NCBI GenBank assembly: GCA_010093605.1
Contig: MU004198.1
Span: 1,304,726 to 1,368,725, forward strand
Length of the DNA: 64,000 nucleotides
DNA from: Lophium mytilinum
Taxonomy: Eukaryota
Reading direction: 5' to 3'
This document shows, piece by piece, positions 63,700 through 64,000 of the stretch. The first letter of the stretch is position 1. The number at the start of each line of letters is the position of its first letter. Under the pieces are notes generated by a model. That model did not search any database. It was given only the letters and a program-made list of their open reading frames with translations, and was not told the origin of the DNA. The position numbers and the translations under genes are program-made.

Positions 63700-64000
63700 C
63701 TAGACGGAGCCCTGGAGGACCGGGTTCTGCTTTCCCATAGTGGTGTTGTAGGTGCCGGAAGATGGGAGAGCACCATTCTGGCCTCCATTGGTAGCACCGG
63801 TGTTGAAAGCGTTGTCAAGCTGGCCGCTGAACCCGTTGGAGTTCTCGTAGCCGACATTGTCGCTGGTGCGGTTCTGGGTGAGGTCGCCAGTGCGAGGCTG
63901 GTCATAGCCGCCAGCACCAAGTCCAGCGCCGGCACCAATCCCTGCACCGGTTCCAGCGCCGATTCCAGAGCCACTTCCAGTGCCGCCACCTCGCTTCCTG
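63700..64000 (-). CDS. 3' end of a gene running in from beyond the window (Gly/Asn-rich tail)
   Basis: Open frame RKRGGGTGSGSGIGAG...TMGKQNPVLQGSV* with strongly C-ending codons, stop at 63700-63702. This is a different frame from the listed 63597-63989 ORF. Confidence 0.65.
   Translation of the reverse strand, partial: RKRGGGTGSGSGIGAGTGAGIGAGAGLGAGGYDQPRTGDLTQNRTSDNVGYENSNGFSGQLDNAFNTGATNGGQNGALPSSGTYNTTMGKQNPVLQGSV

Noticed and set aside
63597..63989. Listed 130-aa minus-strand ORF
   Set aside because: Starts at GTG and is an alternative frame of the Gly-rich C-terminal exon that ends at 63700.

Overview
Gene-dense chromosomal DNA from a filamentous ascomycete (Pezizomycotina-like), judged from short GT-AG introns with CTRAC branch sites and RIP-type AT-rich patches. 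About 28 protein-coding genes can be modelled. Recognisable ones are TRM3, a short kinesin-3, SIN-type Cdc14, an MFS transporter, DPH7, PRP19, an Slx5/Rfp1-like RING ligase, PHS1, VPS16, EHD3, TUF1, DOT1 and an acyltransferase-3. There is also a catalytically altered aspartic protease, a GPI-anchored repeat protein and a small secreted Cys protein. The most interesting signals are non-coding. (1) Two dispersed copies (20.5 kb and 27.5 kb) of a ~72-nt GNRA-capped hairpin whose differences preserve pairing, each followed by a T-run and a downstream Pol III B-box. (2) A seven-unit ~88-bp degenerate array at 57.9-58.5 kb. (3) A tandem-plus-inverted ~100-bp repeat family at 34.7-35.4 kb with pseudoknot-like complementarity. 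(4) A RIP-mutated element with nested inverted repeats at 2.2-3.5 kb. Two related small coiled-coil genes, one apparently starting at CTG, were also noticed. All gene models and splice sites were read by eye; no database search was run.
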